Assembly (NCBI GenBank): GCA_905214375.1
Contig: CAJMMG010000002.1
Location: 39,299-103,298, forward strand
Direction: 5' to 3'
Source: an uncultured bacterium
GTDB lineage: Bacteria; Pseudomonadota; Gammaproteobacteria; Enterobacterales; Pasteurellaceae
Length of the DNA stretch: 64,000 bases
The translations under genes and the position numbers were made by a program. This document shows, one piece after another, positions 10,852 through 21,031 of the stretch. The notes under the pieces were generated by a model, which did not search any database, had not been told where the DNA came from, and was given only the letters and a program-made list of their open reading frames with translations. Within the stretch, counting starts at the first letter, position 1; each line of letters opens with the position of its first letter.

Positions 10852-11907
10852 ATGAAAAAATTAACCCGATTTCTGACCGCACTTTTACTGACTTTCGCCC
10901 TTTTTGCTCACGCAGAAATGGTGGACACCTATGCGTTTAAAAACCAAGCCGATCGTACTCGTGCTGTTGAACTGGCAAAATCCTTACGTTGCCCACAATG
11001 TCAGAATCAGAACTTAGTTGAGTCCAATTCGCCGATTGCTTATGACTTACGTATTGAAGTCTATAAAATGGTGGATGAAGGAAAAACGAATCAGCAAATT
11101 ATTGATACGATGACTGCACGTTTCGGTAATTTCGTGAACTATAAGCCCCCTTTCCAATGGAATACCGCACTCCTCTGGTTATTACCTATTTTGCTATTAA
11201 TTGGTGCTTTTGCGTTGATTTTGTTTTCCACTAAAAAATCAGAAGACGAACCTAAACCACTTGAAAATAAACCTTATACAGCGCCTAAAGAAGAAAAAAA
11301 TGCGGTCAAATTTGAAACCAAATCTGCCATTTGGGTCTTTGCTATTTTGTTGGTTCTTCCTTTAAGTTATTACTTCTCCCTTGATCGTTTTGAGCGTGTT
11401 CAACAAGGTGAAAAAGAAATGATTGAGCTTGCCAACAAAAAAGCAGATACATCAATGGTGCATCAAAAAGAAGATATGGTGCTCAAAATTCAAAATAAAA
11501 TTCGAGAAGATGTGAATAACCCTGAGCTTTGGGCTCAGCTAGGTGATGCTTATATGCAAAATGATGAATTTGATCATGCGCTCATCGCCTATAGCAATGC
11601 AGAAAAAATTTCAGGCACAACACCCGCTATTTTAGGCCTAAAAGCGACCGCACTTTATTATCAAGCAGGTCAAAACATCACACCGCAAATCCAGCAAATA
11701 ATGGATGAAGCGTTAAAACAAGATAAACATGAAATCTCGGTAATCACATTATTGGCGACTGAAGCTTTTAAAAATCATGAAGCCGAAAAAGCCAAAGCTT
11801 ATTGGCAACAATTATTAGATTCGGGGAATTCTGCCGTGGATCGCCGTACTGTCATCCAACGAATCAAAATGATAGACTATTTTGAAAAAGGACAAACCTC
11901 ACAATAA
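10852..11907 (+). CDS. nrfF: NrfF-NrfG fusion (CcmH-like domain plus TPR)
   Basis: LRCPQCQNQ motif; C-terminal TPR-like helices. Confidence 0.88.
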   Translation: MKKLTRFLTALLLTFALFAHAEMVDTYAFKNQADRTRAVELAKSLRCPQCQNQNLVESNSPIAYDLRIEVYKMVDEGKTNQQIIDTMTARFGNFVNYKPPFQWNTALLWLLPILLLIGAFALILFSTKKSEDEPKPLENKPYTAPKEEKNAVKFETKSAIWVFAILLVLPLSYYFSLDRFERVQQGEKEMIELANKKADTSMVHQKEDMVLKIQNKIREDVNNPELWAQLGDAYMQNDEFDHALIAYSNAEKISGTTPAILGLKATALYYQAGQNITPQIQQIMDEALKQDKHEISVITLLATEAFKNHEAEKAKAYWQQLLDSGNSAVDRRTVIQRIKMIDYFEKGQTSQ

Positions 11908-11910
11908 GCT

Positions 11911-13113
11911 ATGTCTCATTATTCAGAAAATATCATTATTGGAGCCGGTGCTGCCGGCTTATTTTGTGCCGCACAGTTAGGAAAGCTGGGCAAGCAAGCC
12001 ACCATTTTTGATAACGGTAAGAAAATTGGCCGAAAAATTTTAATGTCTGGCGGCGGATTTTGTAATTTCACCAATATGGAAATCAGTCCAGACCGTTATA
12101 TCAGTCAAAACAAGCATTTCGTCAAATCTGCCTTAAAACGTTATACACAATGGGATTTTATTGCTTTAGTCGCTGAGTATGGCATTCCTTACCATGAAAA
12201 AGAGTTAGGACAGCTATTTTGTGATAACGGTGCAGAAGATATCGTGAAGATGCTCGGAACGGAATGTGACAAATATGGTGTAAGCATTCAACTACGCAGC
12301 GAAGTGAGTGATGTCGAAGCCGTTGAAAACAACCCTAAAGTGCGGTTTAAATTGAAGGTAAATGCGGTTGAATGGCAATGCCAGAATTTAATTATCGCCA
12401 CCGGTGGGCTCTCCATGCCTGGCTTAGGCGCTTCGCCTTTTGGCTATCAAATTGCAGAACAGTTTGGATTAAATGTGATTCCTCCGCGAGCAAGTCTTGT
12501 GCCATTCACATGGCGAGAAAGTGACAAATTCTACTCGGCACTCTCTGGTGTTTCATTAGATGTGGCGGCGACGAATCAGCACAAAACCTTTACTCATCAA
12601 ATGCTATTCACCCATCGTGGTTTATCTGGGCCTGCCATTTTGCAAATTTCCAATTATTGGCAACCGGGTGAAAGCATTCATTTAGATTTATTGCCCTATA
12701 ACAACATTCGTCATCATTTGGATGAAATGCGTCAATCTTCACCTAAATTGCAGTTAAAGACTGTATTAAGTCGATTATTACCGAAAAAGTTAATCGAACT
12801 TTGGCTAGAACAAGGCTTGATTCAAGATGAAGTGATCGCGAACTTAAGTAAAGTGCAGTTAGAAAATTTAGAGAATTTAATCCACAATTGGCAATTTATA
12901 CCTAATGGCACTGAGGGCTACCGCACGGCTGAAGTCACGATGGGCGGTGTTGATACCCATGAAATTTCATCCAAAACCATGGAAGCCACAAAGATTAAAG
13001 GCCTCTATTTTATCGGTGAAGTGTTAGATGTTGTCGGCTGGTTAGGTGGCTACAATTTCCAATGGGCATGGAGTTCGGCTGCCGTTTGTGCGATGGGAAT
13101 TGCTGAAGGCTAA
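11911..13113 (+). CDS. yhiN: HI0933/YhiN/BaiN-family flavoprotein (E. coli YhiN is reported as a 23S rRNA dihydrouridine synthase)
   Basis: GAGAAG, KILMSGGGFCNFTN, GGYNFQWAWSS motifs. Confidence 0.85.
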   Translation: MSHYSENIIIGAGAAGLFCAAQLGKLGKQATIFDNGKKIGRKILMSGGGFCNFTNMEISPDRYISQNKHFVKSALKRYTQWDFIALVAEYGIPYHEKELGQLFCDNGAEDIVKMLGTECDKYGVSIQLRSEVSDVEAVENNPKVRFKLKVNAVEWQCQNLIIATGGLSMPGLGASPFGYQIAEQFGLNVIPPRASLVPFTWRESDKFYSALSGVSLDVAATNQHKTFTHQMLFTHRGLSGPAILQISNYWQPGESIHLDLLPYNNIRHHLDEMRQSSPKLQLKTVLSRLLPKKLIELWLEQGLIQDEVIANLSKVQLENLENLIHNWQFIPNGTEGYRTAEVTMGGVDTHEISSKTMEATKIKGLYFIGEVLDVVGWLGGYNFQWAWSSAAVCAMGIAEG

Positions 13114-13223
13114 TCTTTCGCTGCATTAATTATTTTCATTATGAATGAAAAAATCATTACTTTGATCATGAAATATCCTTACGTTAAAATCAGCATACGA
13201 AAATAAAAAAGAAGGATATAAAC

Positions 13224-14318
13224 ATGACATCAAAAACACTTCCCTTTCACGCTGATACTGTGGGCTCATATTTACGTTCTCAACCTTTAAAAGAAGCTCG
13301 TGCAAAATTTGCAGCAGGCGAACTTTCTCGTGAACAATTAACGGAAGTTGAAGATCAAGAAATTGCTAAATTGGTACAAGCTCAGTTAGATGCAGGTATT
13401 CAAGTCATCACGGATGGGGAATATCGCCGTGCATTTTGGCATATCGATTTCTTAGAACACTTAAATGGTATTGAAGGTTATCACCCTGAACACGGTTATA
13501 AATTTAATGGCGTGGAAACCAAACCTTACAATACTCGCTGCTGCGGTAAAGTATCTTGGAATCCAAACCACCCATTTATCGAACATTTCAAAAAATTAAA
13601 AGACATTGTTGGAGATCGTGGCGTCGTAAAATATACCATTCCAAGTCCGAATCAATTAATGTATCCAATTCAATGGGATACGGGCGTTTATGCGACACGT
13701 GCAGAATTTGCCAAAGATGTTCAACAAGCTTATAAAGATGCGATCAAAGCCTTCTATGATGCGGGTTGCCGTTATTTACAATTTGATGACGTGTATTGGG
13801 GTTCACTCTGTAACAATCACTTAAAACCAGAATTTGAAGCAGATAAAGCACAGGCGCTTGAAAATATTCAAGTTGTATTAGCGGCTAAACCAGCAGATAT
13901 GGTTATCACAACGCATGTTTGTCGTGGCAATTTCCGTTCAACCTATTTATTAACTGGCGCATACGATCCTATTGCGGATGCGTTATTCGGCCAAACCCAA
14001 TACGATGGCTATTTCCTTGAATATGATGATGAGCGTTCTGGTGGGTTTGAACCATTAAAACACTTTGCTAATAATCCACACAAAGGTCGTATTGTATTAG
14101 GCTTAATCAGTTCAAAATTCCCTGAATTAGAAGATAAAGCGGCTATTAAAGCTCGCATTGAAGAAGCGACTCAATATGTTCCACTTGAGCAGCTTTGCTT
14201 AAGCCCACAATGTGGTTTTGCGTCAACAGAAGAAGGGAACATTATGACGGAAGCACAACAATGGGCCAAAGTCCGTTACGTTGAAGAAATTGCTAAAGAA
14301 GTATGGGGTGAAGATTAA
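13224..14318 (+). CDS. Cobalamin-independent methionine synthase II family (half-size MetE, YxjG/H-like)
   Basis: VGSYLR, TDGEYRR, Zn ligands HVC...E...PQCGF; 364 aa, lacks the N-terminal half of MetE. Confidence 0.85.
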   Translation: MTSKTLPFHADTVGSYLRSQPLKEARAKFAAGELSREQLTEVEDQEIAKLVQAQLDAGIQVITDGEYRRAFWHIDFLEHLNGIEGYHPEHGYKFNGVETKPYNTRCCGKVSWNPNHPFIEHFKKLKDIVGDRGVVKYTIPSPNQLMYPIQWDTGVYATRAEFAKDVQQAYKDAIKAFYDAGCRYLQFDDVYWGSLCNNHLKPEFEADKAQALENIQVVLAAKPADMVITTHVCRGNFRSTYLLTGAYDPIADALFGQTQYDGYFLEYDDERSGGFEPLKHFANNPHKGRIVLGLISSKFPELEDKAAIKARIEEATQYVPLEQLCLSPQCGFASTEEGNIMTEAQQWAKVRYVEEIAKEVWGED

Positions 14319-14365
14319 TTCTTTACATAAAAATACGCTGTTTTTAACCGCACTTTTATAAACTG

Positions 14366-14390
14366 AGAGCGTAGCAATACGCTCTTTTTT
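14366..14390 (+). terminator. Intrinsic terminator
   Basis: agagcgta-gcaa-tacgctct followed by a T-tract. Confidence 0.8.
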
Positions 14391-14412
14391 ATTACTTTCT
14401 TTCAACAGATAA

Positions 14413-14443
14413 AAAAAGCTGATGCTATTCACATCAGCTTTTT
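14413..14443 (-). terminator. Terminator for the MFS gene (possibly bidirectional)
   Basis: aaaaagctgatg-ctattca-catcagcttttt. Confidence 0.8.
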
Positions 14444-14459
14444 CATGATTAATTAATCA

Positions 14460-15776
14460 CTAGATTTGCGTTAAATCGACGTTTTTCGTTTCTTTTGAGG
14501 CTAATAATGCTAACAAGGTTAAAAATGCATTAATAGCTAGATAAATCCCCACGCCCATTAAGCCATAAAATGCATTGATTTTTAATGAAATCATTGCCGC
14601 AATGGTTGCCCCGATAATTGATGCAATATTGTAGGCTAAAGAAGCACCAGAATAACGTACTTCCGTTGGGAATAATTCAGGCAATAACGCTGCCATTGGG
14701 CCAAATGTCATGCCCATTAATGCCATACCAATTACCAAGAAAGCAAATACGGAGGTTGGTGTACCATTTCCAAGAAATAATGGCATGCATAACGCAAAAA
14801 TTAAAATGCTGATCGTTGTCCAAATCAACCATTTACGGCGACCAATTTTATCTGCATAAAGACCAGAAATACTGATAAAAATCGCAAAAACGATTGCACT
14901 CATTAAAAGTAATCCGGTGAAGGTATTAGCAGGAATGCCTAACCCCATTGGATAACCCGCTTCTGAAAGGGTTGCCGGTGTACGAGAATACGCTTGAGCA
15001 AAGGCGGTCATAATATAGAACAAGGAATAGGTTGCTACCATAATAAAGGTACCAATCACCATAGGTTTAAAGTGTTTAGTGAATACCACACTCACCGGTG
15101 CTTTTAATTTTTTCCCCTTTTCTTCTGCTTCAATGAACACATGGCTTTCATGTAAGGTTAAACGAACATATAACCCAACTAAAACCAAGGCTAAAGAAGA
15201 GATAAACGGAATACGCCATGCCCATTCAACAAGGGCTTGTTGGCCCCAGAAATAGCTCACTAAGAAGAAGGTCGCATTAGCCACAAATAAACCTATTGGC
15301 GCACCTAATTGAGGGAATGTACCATACCAAGCACGTTTTCCTTCTGGGGCATTTTCTGTTGCGACTAGAGCTGCGCCACCCCATTCTCCACCCAGGCCAA
15401 TTCCTTGACCGACACGGCAGATACATAACAAAATCGGGGCCCAAATACCAATTTGAGAATAAGTCGGCAACAAGCCGATAACGACCGTAGATCCGCCCAT
15501 TAAAACCAAAGAGGCGACCAAGGTTTTCTTACGACCGATCTTGTCACCAAAGTGGCCAAATAAAGCGGAGCCAATTGGACGAGCAAAGAACGCTAAAGCT
15601 AATGTGGAAAGAGAAAGTAAATCATCTGAAAGCGGATCGCCGCTATGGAAGAATTGCGTGTTAAAAACTAATACAGCCGCAGCGGCATAGATATAATAAT
15701 CAAAGAATTCAATTGCAGTACCCACCATGGATGCCAAAGCAACCTTAAATGGATCATTACGAAGTTGTGAGGACAT
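14460..15776 (-). CDS. MFS transporter, metabolite:H+ symporter (MHS) family
   Basis: GTAIEFFDY, GDKIGRK, GGEWGGA motifs; about 12 TM segments. Confidence 0.9.
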   Translation of the reverse strand: MSSQLRNDPFKVALASMVGTAIEFFDYYIYAAAAVLVFNTQFFHSGDPLSDDLLSLSTLALAFFARPIGSALFGHFGDKIGRKKTLVASLVLMGGSTVVIGLLPTYSQIGIWAPILLCICRVGQGIGLGGEWGGAALVATENAPEGKRAWYGTFPQLGAPIGLFVANATFFLVSYFWGQQALVEWAWRIPFISSLALVLVGLYVRLTLHESHVFIEAEEKGKKLKAPVSVVFTKHFKPMVIGTFIMVATYSLFYIMTAFAQAYSRTPATLSEAGYPMGLGIPANTFTGLLLMSAIVFAIFISISGLYADKIGRRKWLIWTTISILIFALCMPLFLGNGTPTSVFAFLVIGMALMGMTFGPMAALLPELFPTEVRYSGASLAYNIASIIGATIAAMISLKINAFYGLMGVGIYLAINAFLTLLALLASKETKNVDLTQI

Positions 15777-15817
15777 TTTGCTTCCTTAAGAGTCAAATAA
15801 AATGAAAGGGCTAAATC

Positions 15818-16573
15818 CTAGCATTTCCCGTAAGGTTGAGCAATTTTTAATACGATATTTTCTATTTTTTCAGCAAAACATGTCGAATTTTCTAAATGAG
15901 CATTGTGTCCAGCATGAGGGATAAGCGTTAAATCAAGTTGATTATCCTCTGCCATTTGACGAAACTTCTGATCTCGCTCACCGCAAAAATAGAAAAACGG
16001 CAACAAACTTGACCGCAATTTCTCTCGAAAATCAGGCTGTTTGGCAAGGCTAGTTGCTAATAACATCTTACCAATATTTGCCCCACAATTCGCTTTTCGC
16101 TTTTCAATTAACGACTTACGTTGCTGTTCATTTAAATGAGAAAACACAGGCTGTTGATACCAATCTTCTAGCACGGTTTCAGGCTTTTCATGGAAAAAAC
16201 GCTCAGCCCACATTTTGTCATTAACTAAACGGCTTTGTTTTTCTTGCTCAGACTGCAAACCTAAATTTGCCCCTTCTAAAATCACTGCTTGTAAATTGCC
16301 TCTTTGCACTTGAGCATGTAGTGCATAATATTGTGCGACTCGCCCACCAAGTGAATAACCGATCAGGATATAAGGTTCATCTTTTATGAGACTTTGTATT
16401 TGGCTTTCAAGAAATTGAGCCGTTTGCTCAAAATCTTCAACCGCTACAGCTTTATTCTCTCCATGAAACGGTAAATCGAGAGAGAGACAACGAAAGTGCG
16501 GTAGATTTTCGATGACTTTTTGCCAATCTGATTTCGTGCCTAATAAGCCGTGGAGAAAAACAAGATTCATCAT
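15818..16573 (-). CDS. menH: SHCHC synthase
   Basis: alpha/beta hydrolase with LHG and GYSLGG; downstream of menD. Confidence 0.93.
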   Translation of the reverse strand: MMNLVFLHGLLGTKSDWQKVIENLPHFRCLSLDLPFHGENKAVAVEDFEQTAQFLESQIQSLIKDEPYILIGYSLGGRVAQYYALHAQVQRGNLQAVILEGANLGLQSEQEKQSRLVNDKMWAERFFHEKPETVLEDWYQQPVFSHLNEQQRKSLIEKRKANCGANIGKMLLATSLAKQPDFREKLRSSLLPFFYFCGERDQKFRQMAEDNQLDLTLIPHAGHNAHLENSTCFAEKIENIVLKIAQPYGKC

Positions 16574-16593
16574 AATAATGCCATATAAAGAAA

Positions 16594-16614
16594 TCCCCTC
16601 TATATAAGAGGGGA
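16594..16614 (-). terminator. Hairpin (possible partial terminator) between menD and menH
   Basis: tcccctct-atata-agagggga; T-rich tail on the minus strand. Confidence 0.5.
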
Positions 16615-16620
16615 AAGAAA

Positions 16621-18327
16621 TTATTCACCAATAACCGCGTGGCTGATTTGTTCAATCAAGCGCTTATAGGTTGCGCTACCATCACTTGGGTTTGTTTTGA
16701 TTTCAATTAATGTCGCACGGCGGCGAGTATAAGCTTGTTTTAACACGGAGCTTAAATCTGCCCAAGTGTAAGGTAAAGCATATTTTAAACCAAACATTGC
16801 GGCGACTTGGGAGAAATCGCCATTATGTGGCAAGCGATAGAACTGCTCTTTCACCTCATCATCCACCGGCAACATATCGAAGATCGCACCACCATTATTG
16901 TTAATCACAAAAATAATAGTTGGTTGAGTCACATTCTTAAATAAGGCTAAAGAGTTTAAATCATAAAGCGTAGACGTATCACCAATCATGGCGACCACAG
17001 GTTGATCAGCACCGATACCGATACCTGCGGCCGTTGCTAATAAGCCATCAATCCCACTTGCACCACGGTTGGTGAAAATCGGATACCCTTCAGGCAATTT
17101 GGTTAAAGCATCAACCAAACGTACAAAAAGACTGTTTCCTAAGAACAAAATACCGTTGTAAGGTAAAACACGTTCAATATGATGTGCTAATGAGGCTTCA
17201 TTAAGATTGCCACCAACTTGTTGTTCGATAAAGGTTGCACAGAATTTTGAAAGCGCAAGTGGCTCGAGTAACCAAGGTTTTTGACGCAATGGCGGATGTG
17301 CACGCAACCAATGATGTGCTTTGGCGTTAAAGCGAGTTTGCGTATGGTGATTTGGATCAACTGCATTTTGACTTTGCTCCACCACCCAAAATTCGCCTTG
17401 GAACTCCGCTAAGAATTGGTTAATACGTTTACTGATAAAACGAGAACCAAATTGAATCACGATATCAGCTTGAAGTAATTTTTGCTTCACGGTTTGGTTT
17501 GCTAGCCAAATATCCGCATAAGGCATGAGCGGTTCAACACCGGATTGAATATCCGTCAGCAAAATCCATCCCATGGTATTTGCCCATGAGTTAATACCCA
17601 TTGCTTGTTCAGGCGTTAATTGCCCTGCCACAATCACACCACGTTTTGTACGCCAGCTATCCCAATTCTCATGCATCAACACTTCTTGTTGCAATGGTTG
17701 ATGATCAACCCAATTTTTAGGCTGACTTAACCAACGTTGAATTGGCATTAACCATGGATGAGCGTCAATTTCTTGATCTTGGGCATTATAAAGTGGCTCA
17801 GCAAAAGGTACATTAATATGCACCACGCCTGGTTGTTGCTTTTGTTTATAGCAAGCTTGTTCTAACGTAGAAATTAACCATTTTGCTGCATAATCTGCCT
17901 GAGGTTTCGGTAGATTGACACTTGCAACGGGGTAATCGGCAAACATATTTTGTTGCACGATAGCTTGATTCGCCCCACATTCCCATAATTCAGGTGGGCG
18001 ATCAGCGGTAAGAATAATTAAATTCACGCCTGTTTGACGAGCTTCGATAATCGCTGGATATAAATTTGCTGCTGCGGTGCCCGAGGTGACAATCACGGCA
18101 ACAGGTGCTTGCGTGGATTTTGCAATCCCCAACGCAAAAAAGCCTAAACCACGTTCATCAAAGTGACTATGGCACGTTGCACGAGAAGCATTTTGTAAAC
18201 GCACAGCTTCTAGCGTTAAAGGTGTTGAGCGTGAACCTGGCGCAATACAAAAGTGACTCACGCCTTGGCGAACCAAGGTTTCTAAGATCACCTTTGACCA
18301 ACAACGATTAAATACGCTTACAGACAT
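16621..18327 (-). CDS. menD: SEPHCHC synthase
   Basis: APGSRSTPL, DERG, NRGASGIDG, ThDP motif GD...NNNGG. Confidence 0.97.
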   Translation of the reverse strand: MSVSVFNRCWSKVILETLVRQGVSHFCIAPGSRSTPLTLEAVRLQNASRATCHSHFDERGLGFFALGIAKSTQAPVAVIVTSGTAAANLYPAIIEARQTGVNLIILTADRPPELWECGANQAIVQQNMFADYPVASVNLPKPQADYAAKWLISTLEQACYKQKQQPGVVHINVPFAEPLYNAQDQEIDAHPWLMPIQRWLSQPKNWVDHQPLQQEVLMHENWDSWRTKRGVIVAGQLTPEQAMGINSWANTMGWILLTDIQSGVEPLMPYADIWLANQTVKQKLLQADIVIQFGSRFISKRINQFLAEFQGEFWVVEQSQNAVDPNHHTQTRFNAKAHHWLRAHPPLRQKPWLLEPLALSKFCATFIEQQVGGNLNEASLAHHIERVLPYNGILFLGNSLFVRLVDALTKLPEGYPIFTNRGASGIDGLLATAAGIGIGADQPVVAMIGDTSTLYDLNSLALFKNVTQPTIIFVINNNGGAIFDMLPVDDEVKEQFYRLPHNGDFSQVAAMFGLKYALPYTWADLSSVLKQAYTRRRATLIEIKTNPSDGSATYKRLIEQISHAVIGE

Positions 18328-18332
18328 TCTTC

Positions 18333-19613
18333 TTATTCTCCGTTATTCTCTGCAAACAGGGAAATCAGCCCTGCCGCTTTACGTTCAATTTCTAACCACT
18401 CTTCTACAGGTTGTGAGCCTTCCACAATACCGGCACCAGCAAATACACGTACTTGGTTTTCTTCGATAAAAGCCGAACGAATGGTGACACAAAATTCTGA
18501 TAGATGTTGATTCATCACACCTAATGTACCGGCATACCAACGACGATCAAAGGTTTCTATTTCAGCCAAAGCTTTCTTCGCTTGATGCTGTGGTAAGCCT
18601 GATACAGCTGCCGTTGGATGGATCGCTTTCAGCAAATCGGCATCCGTACAAAGTGCGGTCAATTTTGCTTGCATTTTTCTAATTAAATGCTGCACTTTGC
18701 GTAGTGACTTTAATGCGACATCATCAACAGTAATTTGTTCCACTAAGTGACTGATATTTTGTGAAATATCTTCAACCACCAACCAGTTTTCATTGAGGTT
18801 TTTTTCATCATTTAACAGCCAATTCGCACGTTCGTCATTTTCACTCGGATTATCACTAACAGGTGCTGTCCCCGCAAGCGCTTCCGTGAATAACTGACGA
18901 TCATCACGTGCAAATAAGCGTTCTGGTGTCGATCCCACAAAACAGTTTTGAGCATTATCTGCCCATAAAAAATGGTAACAACCACTATTTTTTGCTTGGC
19001 TTGCAGCAAGAAAATCTTTTCCGTTTAGCTCACCCTGAATACCAAACACGGTTTCATTTGCCAAAACGAGCTTAGTTAATTCACCCTGTCGAATTCGAGT
19101 GAGTGCTTGATTGACCCAGTTACACCAGGTATCTTGATTCGCTTTTGGCTCTACACTTTCGATGGTTAATTGATTAAGCGGTGAAAGTACGGTCATTTTT
19201 TCAAATGAATTCAAAATCATTTTTGCCGAATCAAGCTCATTTGGATCAACAAAAACTGAAACCACGGTCTCACCATTTTGCTGTTCAATTAAAACTTGCG
19301 GCAAAATAAACTGACTTTCACCTTGGAACTGTAAACCGCCCACTAAAGGGAAATCATGCTCTTGAATAAATTGCTGTGCCAAATTCACATCTGAAAATGA
19401 CCGCACTTTCCCTACGGCAGCGACGGTTTTATCTTCATCACGAAAACGTAAATAAAATTGTGGATAAACAAGCTGTCCTTTCATCCATGCCAAAAGATCA
19501 ACACCCAATTTCATCTTCATCTGAAGACGTGCAATAGCAGGTTGCTGATCAGTTATCGCCAAAGTTTCAAATTGGCGAATTAGCTCAGATTTAGCTTGTT
19601 CTAAAGGGCCCAT
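18333..19613 (-). CDS. menF: Menaquinone-specific isochorismate synthase
   Basis: Chorismate-binding motifs (HPTAAVSG, AGAGIV); adjacent to menD. Confidence 0.93.
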   Translation of the reverse strand: MGPLEQAKSELIRQFETLAITDQQPAIARLQMKMKLGVDLLAWMKGQLVYPQFYLRFRDEDKTVAAVGKVRSFSDVNLAQQFIQEHDFPLVGGLQFQGESQFILPQVLIEQQNGETVVSVFVDPNELDSAKMILNSFEKMTVLSPLNQLTIESVEPKANQDTWCNWVNQALTRIRQGELTKLVLANETVFGIQGELNGKDFLAASQAKNSGCYHFLWADNAQNCFVGSTPERLFARDDRQLFTEALAGTAPVSDNPSENDERANWLLNDEKNLNENWLVVEDISQNISHLVEQITVDDVALKSLRKVQHLIRKMQAKLTALCTDADLLKAIHPTAAVSGLPQHQAKKALAEIETFDRRWYAGTLGVMNQHLSEFCVTIRSAFIEENQVRVFAGAGIVEGSQPVEEWLEIERKAAGLISLFAENNGE

Positions 19614-19766
19614 GAAAAATAATAAAACACAAAAAAATTAGCCCATATTCTACCGCACTTTAATACATTCAAAAAATTTTTTTATTAAATCTTTTCAAGA
19701 TAAGAATTTAAGCGTAAATTAGACACAATTTTTGAATGAAAATCTAATTATCATAGGATGTTACTA

Positions 19767-20981
19767 ATGAGATCTTTTCCGAAATCAGACAAATTAGAGC
19801 ACGTTTGCTACGATATTCGTGGACCGGTTCACAAAGAAGCTTTACGCCTAGAAGAAGAAGGCAACAAAATCTTAAAACTGAATATCGGTAACCCTGCCCC
19901 ATTTGGCTTTGAAGCGCCAGATGAAATTTTAGTCGATGTCATCCGCAACTTACCTTCTGCACAAGGTTATTGCGATTCCAAAGGTTTGTATTCTGCACGT
20001 AAAGCTATCGTGCAATACTATCAGTCTAAAGGTATTCATGATGCGACAGTAAACGATGTGTACATCGGGAACGGTGTATCTGAATTGATTACCATGTCCA
20101 TGCAAGCCCTTCTTAATGATGGTGATGAGGTATTGGTTCCAATGCCGGATTATCCATTATGGACGGCGGCGGTAACGTTAGCGGGCGGAAACGCGGTACA
20201 TTATTTATGTGATGAAGAAGCGGGTTGGTTCCCTGCTATTGATGATATTCGCGCGAAAGTCAATGCCAAAACTAAAGCTATCGTGGTAATCAATCCAAAT
20301 AACCCGACTGGTGCGGTATATAGCAAAGCATTACTCGAAGAAATTATCGAGGTTGCACGTGAAAATAATCTGATTATTTTTGCGGATGAAATTTATGACA
20401 AAATTCTCTACGATGGTGCTGTCCACCATCATATTGCAGCCCTTGCACCAGATGTATTAACCATTACATTCAATGGCTTATCAAAAGCATATCGTGTTGC
20501 GGGTTTTCGTCAAGGTTGGATGATTTTAAATGGGCCGAAACAACATGCTAAAGGCTATATTGAAGGCTTAGATATGCTAGCGTCTATGCGTTTATGTGCA
20601 AACGTACCAATGCAGCACGCCATTCAAACAGCATTAGGCGGCTATCAAAGTATTAATGAATTTGTTCAACCGGGTGGTCGTTTGCTGGAACAACGCAATA
20701 AAGCCTATGATTTAATTACTCAAATCCCTGGTATTAGCTGCGTAAAACCAATGGGGGCAATGTATATGTTCCCGAAACTCGACATCCAAAAATTCAACAT
20801 TCATAGTGATGAAAAATTTGTGCTCGATTTATTACGTAAAGAGAAAGTACTTCTCGTGCATGGTAAAGGATTTAACTGGCACTCACCGGATCACTTCCGT
20901 GTGGTGACACTTCCTTATACCGGTCAATTAGAAGAAGCCATTGGCAAATTGGCGCGATTCTTAGAAACTTATCGTCAATAA
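19767..20981 (+). CDS. alaA: PLP-dependent aminotransferase AlaA (YfbQ)
   Basis: VCYDIRGPV, NPNNPTG, LSKAYR; start chosen at the ATG following the AGGA SD. Confidence 0.92.
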   Translation: MRSFPKSDKLEHVCYDIRGPVHKEALRLEEEGNKILKLNIGNPAPFGFEAPDEILVDVIRNLPSAQGYCDSKGLYSARKAIVQYYQSKGIHDATVNDVYIGNGVSELITMSMQALLNDGDEVLVPMPDYPLWTAAVTLAGGNAVHYLCDEEAGWFPAIDDIRAKVNAKTKAIVVINPNNPTGAVYSKALLEEIIEVARENNLIIFADEIYDKILYDGAVHHHIAALAPDVLTITFNGLSKAYRVAGFRQGWMILNGPKQHAKGYIEGLDMLASMRLCANVPMQHAIQTALGGYQSINEFVQPGGRLLEQRNKAYDLITQIPGISCVKPMGAMYMFPKLDIQKFNIHSDEKFVLDLLRKEKVLLVHGKGFNWHSPDHFRVVTLPYTGQLEEAIGKLARFLETYRQ

Positions 20982-20982
20982 T

Positions 20983-21014
20983 AAAAAAGAGCGGTTAATT
21001 AACCGCTCTTTTTT
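20983..21014. terminator. Bidirectional terminator, perfect 32-bp palindrome
   Basis: aaaaaagagcggttaa|ttaaccgctctttttt between convergent genes. Confidence 0.85.
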
Positions 21015-21031
21015 TATTTCATGATTTATAA

